DNA from: Acidimicrobiales bacterium
GTDB taxonomy: Bacteria; Actinomycetota; Acidimicrobiia; Acidimicrobiales; Ilumatobacteraceae
Assembly (NCBI GenBank): GCA_030830415.1
Contig: JAURNB010000056.1
Location: 1 to 33,131 of the forward strand
Reading direction: 5' to 3'
Length of the DNA stretch: 33,131 nucleotides
Made by a program: the position numbers and the translations under genes. Shown here piece after piece: positions 24,357-32,074 of this stretch. The notes under the pieces were generated by a model, which was not told the origin of the DNA, did no database searches, and was given only the letters and a program-made list of their open reading frames with translations. Within the stretch, counting starts at the first letter, position 1; every line of letters begins with the position of its first letter.

Positions 24357-24917
24357 TTAGCGCTGTATCTCGCGTACAGGTGCTGTGCCATCCCAATTGG
24401 TGTGAGCTTCGCGAATCATTTTGTAGAAACCAAGTAGCCCTGCGCTTTCTTGGTACAGCTCCCAGTAATGACCGCGTTGCTCTACGTCGTCAATGAACAC
24501 AAATGTTGTTGCACCTGCTTGTGCGCTTTGAGCCACAACTTTTCCAGCGTCCGCCGCTCGTTGTAAAGCAACATCAAGATTCGGCACGATGCACGCCATG
24601 TGGTGCAGTCCGTATGTGCCTGGGCTGAAGCGTTCGGTGACTGCCGTAAGGCCGGCATTGTGCTGACAAAAAAGTTCCACCATCACAGAACCCCACCACC
24701 CGTATGCAGATGTGTGGTCGAAGGCTGAGGGTGTACCGCGGTGCGTCACGTTGGTGACGGGAATGTGGCGATTAATGAAAAAAGGGCCCGCGCCGAAATG
24801 TTGTGCCCACTCAAGAGCCGCAGTTTCGGGGTCTTCCACCACATAGGCAATTTGCACAACTGGGCCGAAGTCGGCGCCATGAAGTGGGTGAGAGGCGGGT
24901 GCAGAGTTCTGTGTCAC
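24357..24917 (-). CDS. VOC-family (glyoxalase/bleomycin-resistance/dioxygenase fold) protein
   Basis: 186 aa with 'VVQIAYVVEDPETAALEWAQHFGAGPFF' and 'GLHHMACIVPNLDVAL'. GTG start. Confidence 0.75.
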   Translation of the reverse strand: MTQNSAPASHPLHGADFGPVVQIAYVVEDPETAALEWAQHFGAGPFFINRHIPVTNVTHRGTPSAFDHTSAYGWWGSVMVELFCQHNAGLTAVTERFSPGTYGLHHMACIVPNLDVALQRAADAGKVVAQSAQAGATTFVFIDDVEQRGHYWELYQESAGLLGFYKMIREAHTNWDGTAPVREIQR

Positions 24918-24938
24918 CTTGTCAGCCTGCCAAACTAA

Positions 24939-25814
24939 GTGCCTATGGCACGCATCGGATTTGTTGGATTAGGCGTAATGGGATTCCCTATGGCAGGGCA
25001 CTTGGTGAAAGCTGGGCATGAAGTCACCGTGTTCAACCGCAACCCGGCGCGCGCCCAGGCGTGGACAGAAGCCTTCGCTGGAAAATCTGTTGCCACTCCT
25101 CGCGAAGTGGGAGCTATATGCGATGTGGTGATGTTGTGTGTGGGTAACGACAACGATGTGCGCAGTGTGATGACGGGCGCAGATGGCGTACTTGCAGGAA
25201 TGGTTGCTGGGGGAATTGTGGTCGACCACACCACGACGTCGGCTGAACTTGCTCGCGAGATGGCGGCACTGTGCACAACGCGCCAGGTGGGCTTTGTCGA
25301 TGCACCAGTTTCTGGTGGCCAGGCAGGTGCGGTAAATGGTGTGTTGAGCGTGATGTGCGGTGCCAACGACGTGGCTGTGTACAACACTGCTCGCGAAGTA
25401 GTGATGGCGTATGCAAAAGCATGTGAACGCTTGGGCGAGGCGGGTGCTGGGCAGCTCGCCAAAATGGTGAATCAAATCTGCATTGCAGGAATGGTGCAAG
25501 CGCTTTCTGAAGGAATCAACTTTGCTCAGGCTGCTGGTCTTGATGTGGAACAACTGGTGTCGGTTATCTCTCAAGGCGCCGCGAGCTCTTGGCAAATGGT
25601 GAATAGGTCATCAACGATGGCACGTAATGAATTCGACTTTGGTTTTGCTGTCGAGTGGATGCGTAAAGACTTGGGTTTTTGCATAGATGAAGCGCAACGC
25701 AACGGGGCGTCACTGCCTGTTACTACTCTCGTTGATTCTTATTACGCCGAGGTGGAAGCTCGTGGTGGAAAACGCTGGGATACCAGCAGTTTGATTTCGC
25801 TTCTACGGAAGTAG
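24939..25814 (+). CDS. NAD(P)-dependent beta-hydroxyacid dehydrogenase (3-hydroxyisobutyrate dehydrogenase family)
   Basis: 'RIGFVGLGVMGFPMAGHLVKAGHEVTVFNRN', 'FVDAPVSGG' and 'GAGQLAKMVNQ' are present. The start is GTG 24939 or ATG 24945. Confidence 0.85.
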   Translation: MPMARIGFVGLGVMGFPMAGHLVKAGHEVTVFNRNPARAQAWTEAFAGKSVATPREVGAICDVVMLCVGNDNDVRSVMTGADGVLAGMVAGGIVVDHTTTSAELAREMAALCTTRQVGFVDAPVSGGQAGAVNGVLSVMCGANDVAVYNTAREVVMAYAKACERLGEAGAGQLAKMVNQICIAGMVQALSEGINFAQAAGLDVEQLVSVISQGAASSWQMVNRSSTMARNEFDFGFAVEWMRKDLGFCIDEAQRNGASLPVTTLVDSYYAEVEARGGKRWDTSSLISLLRK

Positions 25815-26543
25815 AGCTGGTTCGGGAGCTTTCACGACGGGTAGCCCTGGGAAAATGACCCACTGTGCACCAGCGCTGCGTTCGGCAACGGCGGTTTGCG
25901 CTGCATCAATGACCTGATCAACCGTGAGTATGTCGAAACCTGTTTCGCGAATGAGTGCTTGTGATTCCGCGTTCACCAGTGGTGTGTCGACAAAGAATGG
26001 GCATATGGCGCTCAGGCACACATTGTGTTCAATGAGGGTTGGTGCCAACGACTTCACAAAGCCAAGTACGGCATGTTTAGTGAGGCCATAAATAGGGTCG
26101 GCTTGAATGGGGAAGAGCCCAGCCATTGAGGCTGTTACCACGATGTCACCTCCGCCATTTTTGACCATTGCATTGGCGAGGTGCGCAACGCCGAGTACCA
26201 CACCATCAATATTGATGGAACTCACACGTCGGTAATTGCCGAGGTCAAACTCAAATACTTCTTCAGGGTTTGTTGCTCCAAAAATATTTCCACCACTTGC
26301 CACGCCGGCGTTGAGAAACACCACGTCAAAAGGCTTGTGCTGAGAAATGAATTGTGCCCACTGCTCAACGCTCGTGACATCGTGGTGTTGGTAAGTGGCA
26401 CCGAGTTCTTGTGCGAGTGCAGCGCCGAGAGCATCGTCGACATCGGTAATGAGGACGTCGTTGCCCATGTTGGCCCAGTGGCGTGCAATGCCGGCACCAA
26501 TTCCGCTAGCGCCCCCTGTAATGAGAATGCGATGTTGTGTCAT
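25803..26543 (-). CDS. Short-chain dehydrogenase/reductase (SDR)
   Basis: 'ILITGGASGIGAGIA' (TGxxxGxG), 'LNAGV' and catalytic 'YGLTKHAV' (YxxxK) are present. ATG 26543 is preceded by GAGGAA. The ORF-track start at 26591 would overlap the upstream gene. Confidence 0.85.
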   Translation of the reverse strand: MTQHRILITGGASGIGAGIARHWANMGNDVLITDVDDALGAALAQELGATYQHHDVTSVEQWAQFISQHKPFDVVFLNAGVASGGNIFGATNPEEVFEFDLGNYRRVSSINIDGVVLGVAHLANAMVKNGGGDIVVTASMAGLFPIQADPIYGLTKHAVLGFVKSLAPTLIEHNVCLSAICPFFVDTPLVNAESQALIRETGFDILTVDQVIDAAQTAVAERSAGAQWVIFPGLPVVKAPEPALLP

Positions 26544-26550
26544 GGGTTCC

Positions 26551-27792
26551 TCAGTTCTTTTGTTTAACAAATTCCATTGTTGTGGCGGCAAAAATATCGA
26601 GCAAGGTCGTGAGTTCTTTATCGGTAATCACGAGTGGCGGGCAAAATGAATTGGTGTCGGCCGACACTGCGCGGGTAATGGCGCCACGTTTCAGCATGGC
26701 GTCGCGAACAGCAAAGGAATCGATGCCAGGTTGATGTGCAGCGGCCCATACGCCAACTGCTCCTCGAGCGTGATGAATAACTCCATCGCTCGCCAGCGAC
26801 TGCAGTGTTGCCTCAAGTTGTTTGCCAATATGTACGGCACGTTCAAGTAATCCTTCACGCTCCATGATGTTGAGATTGCACAGTGCAGCAGCGCATGCGG
26901 TGGCGTGTCCTGAATAGGTGTAGCCGTGGCGCAAAAGGAATGCAGGGTCGGCTTCTAATGGTGCACAAACACTCGGGGCCATAATGACGCCACCAAGTGG
27001 TTGATAGCCAGACGTCACTGCTTTTGCAAAAGTGAGAAGGTCGGGAGTCACTCCGTAGTACTGAGCGCCAAACCAAGTGCCGAGTCGTCCGAAGCCGGTA
27101 ATCACCTCATCGAAAATGAGATATGCGCCGTGCTGGTCGCACAGTTTGCGCAGTTGTTGTAGGTAGCCCTCTTTCGGTGGAAAAACTCCACCAGCACCTT
27201 GCAATGGTTCGGTAATAACCGCGGCAAGACGATCTGCATTTTGTGACATGAGGAGCGACATCGCTTCAATGTCGTCGGGGTCTACTTGTACAACGTCGGC
27301 AAGAAGTGTTCCATACCCTTCACGGTTGGGCGGAATACCTTGGGCGCTGGTGCCGCCATAGTTGGTGCCGTGGTATCCGCGACCACGAGAAATAATGAGC
27401 GTGCGTTCCGGGTGGCCTGCTTGAACATGAGCAAGTCGAGCAAGTTTCATCGCCGAGTCGACACTCTCGGAACCGCTGTTGCAGAGAAAAACTCTCGAGT
27501 CGACAATGGGGGAGAGTGAAGCAATGCGCTCGCACAGTTCTTCAGCCACTTTTGTGGTGAAAGGGTCAAAAGCAGAGTAGGCCTCGATGGTGGAGACCTG
27601 AGCAGAGATGGCAGCGGCCATTTCTGCACGGCCGTGACCAATGGCGCAATACCAGAGGCTCGCCATGCCGTCGATGTATTCATTTCCCGCGGTGTCGTAA
27701 ATGCGGGCCCCGTCGCCGCGGGCAACCTCAATGAAATCGGTGCGGGTGGGTTTGGCGAAAGGGTGCAGAAAACGAGGGAACGGGGAAGCCAT
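26551..27792 (-). CDS. Class-III (omega-type) PLP-dependent aminotransferase
   Basis: 413 aa with 'FDEVITGFGRLGTWFG' and the PLP-lysine region 'TFAKAVTSGYQPLGGV'. Its stop lies 7 nt before the SDR start, so the two are probably one operon. Confidence 0.88.
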   Translation of the reverse strand: MASPFPRFLHPFAKPTRTDFIEVARGDGARIYDTAGNEYIDGMASLWYCAIGHGRAEMAAAISAQVSTIEAYSAFDPFTTKVAEELCERIASLSPIVDSRVFLCNSGSESVDSAMKLARLAHVQAGHPERTLIISRGRGYHGTNYGGTSAQGIPPNREGYGTLLADVVQVDPDDIEAMSLLMSQNADRLAAVITEPLQGAGGVFPPKEGYLQQLRKLCDQHGAYLIFDEVITGFGRLGTWFGAQYYGVTPDLLTFAKAVTSGYQPLGGVIMAPSVCAPLEADPAFLLRHGYTYSGHATACAAALCNLNIMEREGLLERAVHIGKQLEATLQSLASDGVIHHARGAVGVWAAAHQPGIDSFAVRDAMLKRGAITRAVSADTNSFCPPLVITDKELTTLLDIFAATTMEFVKQKN

Positions 27793-27825
27793 CTCTAGAT
27801 GGTAGATCGCCTAGGCTGTCTAGCA

Positions 27826-28911
27826 ATGAAGGGCCTCATTCTTTCCGGTGGTGCTGGCACGCGTTTGCGGCCAATCACCCACACCAGCGCCAAGCAATTG
27901 GTGCCCATTGCCAACAAACCCATCCTTTTCTACGGCATTGAAGCCATGGCAGAAGCGGGAATTTCCGAAATTGGCATTATTACCGGTGACACCGGGGCCG
28001 AAATTCGCGCCGCCGTCGGCGATGGCTCCCAATTTGGGGTGAAGGTCACCTACATCCCACAAGACGCACCTTTGGGTCTCGCTCACTGTGTGCTCATTGC
28101 CCAAGACTTCCTTGGTGACGATGACTTCGTGATGTACCTCGGCGACAACATGTTGCAGCAAGGTTTGTCGAGTTTTGTGCAGCGGTTTGAAAATGCTCGT
28201 GCTGCTGGCGGTGCCGATGCGCCGAGTGCACAAATTCTGTTGTGTGAAGTTGAAGACCCACGCCACTTTGGTGTGGCTGAAGTCGATGCTTCGGGCGAAG
28301 TAGTGCGTTTGGTGGAAAAGCCATCGAACCCTCCTTCCAACTTGGCGCTCGTCGGCGTTTATCTGTTCGATAAAACCGTCAACCTTGCGGTGCGCAGCAT
28401 TGCGCCGTCGCCACGTGGTGAGTTGGAAATTACCGATGCCATTCAGTGGTTGGTCGACAATAAGCATCGCATCACTCATGAAGTATTGAAGGGCTGGTGG
28501 ATCGACACCGGCAAGAAAGACCCACTTCTCGAGTGCAACCGTCTCGTGCTTGAAGTGCTGCAATCAAAGAGTGAGGGCAGTGTCGACGCCAGTTCGCAAA
28601 TTGAAGGTCGCGTGGTTATTGAAAAGGGTGCAGTTATTGAAAACTCACGCATTCGTGGCCCGGTTGTCATTGGTTCCGATTCCGTAGTGCGCAATAGCTA
28701 CATCGGCCCCTACACCTCGGTAGGAAATAAGTGCATGGTGTCCAATTCTGAAATTGAACACTCGGTGTTGCTCGACGGCAGTTCCATTGCCGATATCAAT
28801 CGCATGTCCGACTCATTGGTTGGACGTAATGTGGTGGTCAAGAAATCGCATCAGCGTCCGTCTGCGCTTCGCCTCATGTTGGGTGACGACAGCACGGTCG
28901 AAGTCGAATAG
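27826..28911 (+). CDS. rmlA: Glucose-1-phosphate thymidylyltransferase, long form with C-terminal left-handed beta-helix
   Basis: 'MKGLILSGGAGTRLRPITHTSAKQLVPIANKP' at ATG 27826, plus C-terminal hexapeptide repeats ('VIEKGAVIENSRIRGPVVIGSDSVVRNSYIG...'). It heads an rmlC-rmlB-rmlD operon. Confidence 0.88.
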   Translation: MKGLILSGGAGTRLRPITHTSAKQLVPIANKPILFYGIEAMAEAGISEIGIITGDTGAEIRAAVGDGSQFGVKVTYIPQDAPLGLAHCVLIAQDFLGDDDFVMYLGDNMLQQGLSSFVQRFENARAAGGADAPSAQILLCEVEDPRHFGVAEVDASGEVVRLVEKPSNPPSNLALVGVYLFDKTVNLAVRSIAPSPRGELEITDAIQWLVDNKHRITHEVLKGWWIDTGKKDPLLECNRLVLEVLQSKSEGSVDASSQIEGRVVIEKGAVIENSRIRGPVVIGSDSVVRNSYIGPYTSVGNKCMVSNSEIEHSVLLDGSSIADINRMSDSLVGRNVVVKKSHQRPSALRLMLGDDSTVEVE

Positions 28912-28928
28912 TTCTCGAAAGGAACAAC

Positions 28929-29495
28929 GTGGCAATCATTACCCCTTCCGACGTCATTGCTGGCGTGCACATTGTGGAGCCCGCCATGCACGGCGATGAG
29001 CGAGGTTTTTTCATTGAGACCTATCGCCGCGAATGGTTTCCGCAGGGTCGCGAAATGATTCAGGCAAACCGTGGCGACCGCCAAGCTGGTTGCCTTGTTG
29101 GTTTGCACTATCACTTGCATCAAGCCGACTACTGGTACGTGCCGTTTGGCAAATGCCGCGTGGTGTTGCACGACCTCAGGCAGGGTTCGCCCACCGATGG
29201 CAAAACACAGGTCATCGACCTCGGCGAGCGCGCCGATGGTACGCACGACCACCGCGGTATTTTCATTCCGCCAGGTGTGGCACACGGTTTTTCGGCATTG
29301 TCGAAGATGACCATTACGTATCTTGTTGATGGTTATTACAACCCTGCCGACGAACTGGGTGTGGCGTGGAATGATCCCGATGTTGGCGCCGATTGGGGAG
29401 TCACCAACCCCATCTTGTCGAACCGCGATCAGCAAAACCCTTTGCGTCGTGATATTTCCCCGCAGTGGCAGCCGCACATGGCTTTGCGCCCTTAA
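28929..29495 (+). CDS. rmlC: dTDP-4-dehydrorhamnose 3,5-epimerase
   Basis: 188 aa with a cupin-type pattern: 'HGDERGFFIETYR', 'GLHYH', 'YWYVPFGKCRVVLHDLR' and 'IFIPPGVAHGF'. GTG start preceded by AAAGGAA. Confidence 0.88.
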   Translation: MAIITPSDVIAGVHIVEPAMHGDERGFFIETYRREWFPQGREMIQANRGDRQAGCLVGLHYHLHQADYWYVPFGKCRVVLHDLRQGSPTDGKTQVIDLGERADGTHDHRGIFIPPGVAHGFSALSKMTITYLVDGYYNPADELGVAWNDPDVGADWGVTNPILSNRDQQNPLRRDISPQWQPHMALRP

Positions 29496-29519
29496 TTCAC
29501 TTTTTAGGTAGGTAGAAAC

Positions 29520-30479
29520 ATGAAGCAGTTCATTACCGGCGGAGCAGGTTTTATTGGCTCGAATTACGTGCGCTACATCTTGAACAACACCGACGATGAA
29601 GTCACCGTGTTCGATGCGCTCACCTATGCGGGCAACTTGTCCACGATGCGCGATGTAGAAAACAACTCGCGCTACAAGTTCGTTAAGGGAAACATCTGCG
29701 ATGCGGCAGCAGTGGCCGATGCCATGAAGGGCCACGACGCTGTGGTGCACTTTGCAGCCGAGAGTCATGTCGATAGGTCGATTGATGGGTCTGAAGACTT
29801 CATCCATACCAACTGCTTTGGTACCAACACAGTGATCGATACCGCTCGCAAGTTAGACGTGAGCAGAGTGCTGCACATTGGTACCGACGAGGTCTACGGC
29901 TCAGTCGAAGTAGGTTCATCGCTTGAAACCGATCCGCTTGAACCTCGCTCGCCGTATTCGGCATCGAAAGCTGGGTCCGACCTCATCGCGCTCGCGTATC
30001 ACCACACGCACGGAACTCCAGTTGTGGTGACGCGTTGCACAAACAACTTTGGGCCATACCAATACCCAGAAAAAGCGATTCCGTTGTTCACTACCAACTT
30101 GCTCGATGGCAAGAAAATTCCACTGTATGGCGATGGCTTGAATGAGCGCGATTGGTTATTTGTCGACGACCATTGCTCTGGTGTGTATTTGGTGCTCACC
30201 AAAGGAACGCTTGGAGAGATCTACAACATCGGCGCAGGTAACGAAACGCCAAACCGTGTGCTGGTAAACAAACTGTTAGAAGCTTTTGGTGTGGGTGAAG
30301 AAATGGTGCAGTACGTGGAAGACCGCAAAGGTCACGACCGTCGCTATTCCGTCAACATCGACAAAATCACCAAGTTGGGTTGGAAAAAAGAACGCACTCT
30401 CGATGAAGCACTTGCCGAAACTGTGCAGTGGTATCGCGACAACCGTTGGTGGTGGGAGCCATTAAAGGGCAAGAAGTAA
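29520..30479 (+). CDS. rmlB: dTDP-glucose 4,6-dehydratase
   Basis: 319 aa with 'ITGGAGFIGSNYVRYIL', 'HFAAESHVDRS' and 'YSASKAGSD'. Confidence 0.92.
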   Translation: MKQFITGGAGFIGSNYVRYILNNTDDEVTVFDALTYAGNLSTMRDVENNSRYKFVKGNICDAAAVADAMKGHDAVVHFAAESHVDRSIDGSEDFIHTNCFGTNTVIDTARKLDVSRVLHIGTDEVYGSVEVGSSLETDPLEPRSPYSASKAGSDLIALAYHHTHGTPVVVTRCTNNFGPYQYPEKAIPLFTTNLLDGKKIPLYGDGLNERDWLFVDDHCSGVYLVLTKGTLGEIYNIGAGNETPNRVLVNKLLEAFGVGEEMVQYVEDRKGHDRRYSVNIDKITKLGWKKERTLDEALAETVQWYRDNRWWWEPLKGKK

Positions 30480-30486
30480 TTTCCAA

Positions 30487-31332
30487 ATGAAAGTTCTTGT
30501 TACTGGTGCAGCCGGACAGTTAGGTACAGAGCTCGTTTCGGTTTTTGAACGCGGTGGTCATGAAGTGGTGGGTACCACGCACGCCACTCTCGATATTTCA
30601 CAGCCAACAGCAGTGGCAGAGTGTGTTGCTGCGGTGAAGCCAAACTTTATTGTTCACGCAGCAGCATGGACCGCGGTTGATGCCTGTGAGTCAGATGCGG
30701 AGAAGGCATTTGCGGTGAATGGAACTGCAACAGCCTCCCTGGTGAGTGCTGCTGAAAAAGTAGGGGCGCGTGTTGCCTATGTGAGCACCGACTATGTGTT
30801 TGACGGAAGTAAAAAGTCTGCATATGTAGAAACAGATGCGGTGAACCCACAATCGGTCTATGGGGCTTCAAAGTTGGCAGGAGAGCAAGCGCTGCGCGAT
30901 ATCGACCTCACTGTGCGCATCTCGTGGGTATGTGGTTTTCATGGTGCCAACATGGTGAAAACAATTTTGCGTATTGCGGCTGCACAGCCTGAACTCACCT
31001 TTGTGAATGATCAGGTGGGGCACCCCACGTTTGCCGACGATGCGGCGGGAATGATTGCCACTTTGGTAGAGCATGAACAACAGGGAATATTCCACGTCAC
31101 AAACCAAGGAGCGGTGAGTTGGCATGGGTTCGCTCAAGAAGTACTGCGTGCAGCCGGGCTCGACCCATCGCGTGTATTGCCTGTGGCTACAGCAGACCTG
31201 CAGCCGCCGCGTCCGGCGCCACGACCAGCGAATTCGATTCTCGAAAATGCAGCGCTCGCGCAAGCAGGCTTTACCTTGCTCGATGATTTTCGTATTCCGT
31301 TAGCACGCCTTGTGCAGCGTTTAGCAAATTAA
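30487..31332 (+). CDS. rmlD: dTDP-4-dehydrorhamnose reductase
   Basis: 281 aa with 'MKVLVTGAAGQLG', 'VYVSTDYVFDG' and 'YGASKLAGE'. Confidence 0.9.
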   Translation: MKVLVTGAAGQLGTELVSVFERGGHEVVGTTHATLDISQPTAVAECVAAVKPNFIVHAAAWTAVDACESDAEKAFAVNGTATASLVSAAEKVGARVAYVSTDYVFDGSKKSAYVETDAVNPQSVYGASKLAGEQALRDIDLTVRISWVCGFHGANMVKTILRIAAAQPELTFVNDQVGHPTFADDAAGMIATLVEHEQQGIFHVTNQGAVSWHGFAQEVLRAAGLDPSRVLPVATADLQPPRPAPRPANSILENAALAQAGFTLLDDFRIPLARLVQRLAN

Positions 31333-31345
31333 CGAAAGAAGCTAT

Positions 31346-32074
31346 ATGCGCGGAATAGGAACAGTGACGAATGTACTCACCATCGTTGGAGGTACCTTGC
31401 TCGGGCTCATTGTGGGCCGCTATATCTCGGAGCGCATACGTCTGACCGTTGAACAGGCTGTCGGAATGACCACATTGGTTCTGGGAATTGCCACAGCGGC
31501 AAAAACAGACAACATTGTGTTTCCGCTCGTGAGCGTTGTTTTGGGTGGAATCATCGGCGAATCGTTACGCGTTGAAGATCGTTTTGAATCGTTAGGCAAT
31601 TGGGTACGACGCAAAGTAGAAGTGAAATCTCAATCGGGTTGGATGTCGCGCAGTTCTCTTGCAACGTTGCATCCGCGCTTTGTAGAAGGTTTCGTGACGG
31701 CAACTCTTTTGTTTTCCATCGGGCCCATGTCCATCTTGGGCTCCATCGACGACGGTTTAGGCAGGGGAGCTCAGATCCTCATTGTGAAAGCAGCGCTCGA
31801 CGGACTCGTATCAATTCTCTTTGCTGCAACCATGGGCTGGGGTGTGGCAATAAGTGCAGTCATCGTGGGGATATATCAAGGCCTGATGACACTAGGTGCC
31901 TCAGGCCTTGATGCAATTCTGACTGATCGTATGGTGCACGAGATGAGTGCAACAGGCGGAATCATGATTTTGGGTATTGCACTTCGGTTTATGGAAGTGA
32001 AACCTATTCGCGTAGGAAGCTTGCTTCCTGGGCTTTTTGTTGCGCCGGTATTAGTAGCGCTTTTTGCCCGCTGA
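31346..32074 (+). CDS. DUF554-family integral membrane protein
   Basis: 242 aa. The N-terminus 'GTVTNVLTIVGGTLLGLIVGRYISERIRLTVEQAVGMTTLVLGI' resembles the YdfK/YqgA-type DUF554 proteins I recall. Multi-TM. Confidence 0.75.
   Translation: MRGIGTVTNVLTIVGGTLLGLIVGRYISERIRLTVEQAVGMTTLVLGIATAAKTDNIVFPLVSVVLGGIIGESLRVEDRFESLGNWVRRKVEVKSQSGWMSRSSLATLHPRFVEGFVTATLLFSIGPMSILGSIDDGLGRGAQILIVKAALDGLVSILFAATMGWGVAISAVIVGIYQGLMTLGASGLDAILTDRMVHEMSATGGIMILGIALRFMEVKPIRVGSLLPGLFVAPVLVALFAR

Noticed and set aside
27799-27825. The upstream ATG 27799 as the rmlA start.
   Set aside because: The added 'MVDRLGCLA' is not part of the conserved nucleotidyltransferase N-terminus, which begins 'MKGLILSGGAGTRLRP'. 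It would also leave only 6 bp between divergent genes. This remains possible, so the start is flagged as uncertain.
401-29807. Numerous long antisense or out-of-frame ORFs in the track. Examples: 401..1018(-), 8308..8991(-), 11553..12485(-), 17134..18123(-), 21008..21640(-), 21219..22094(+), 24969..25595(-), 27820..28563(-), 28851..29807(-).
   Set aside because: Each lies entirely within or opposite a gene with clear family motifs. They have Arg/Ser/Cys/His-rich shadow-ORF composition, lack recognisable motifs, and are the expected by-product of moderately high GC.
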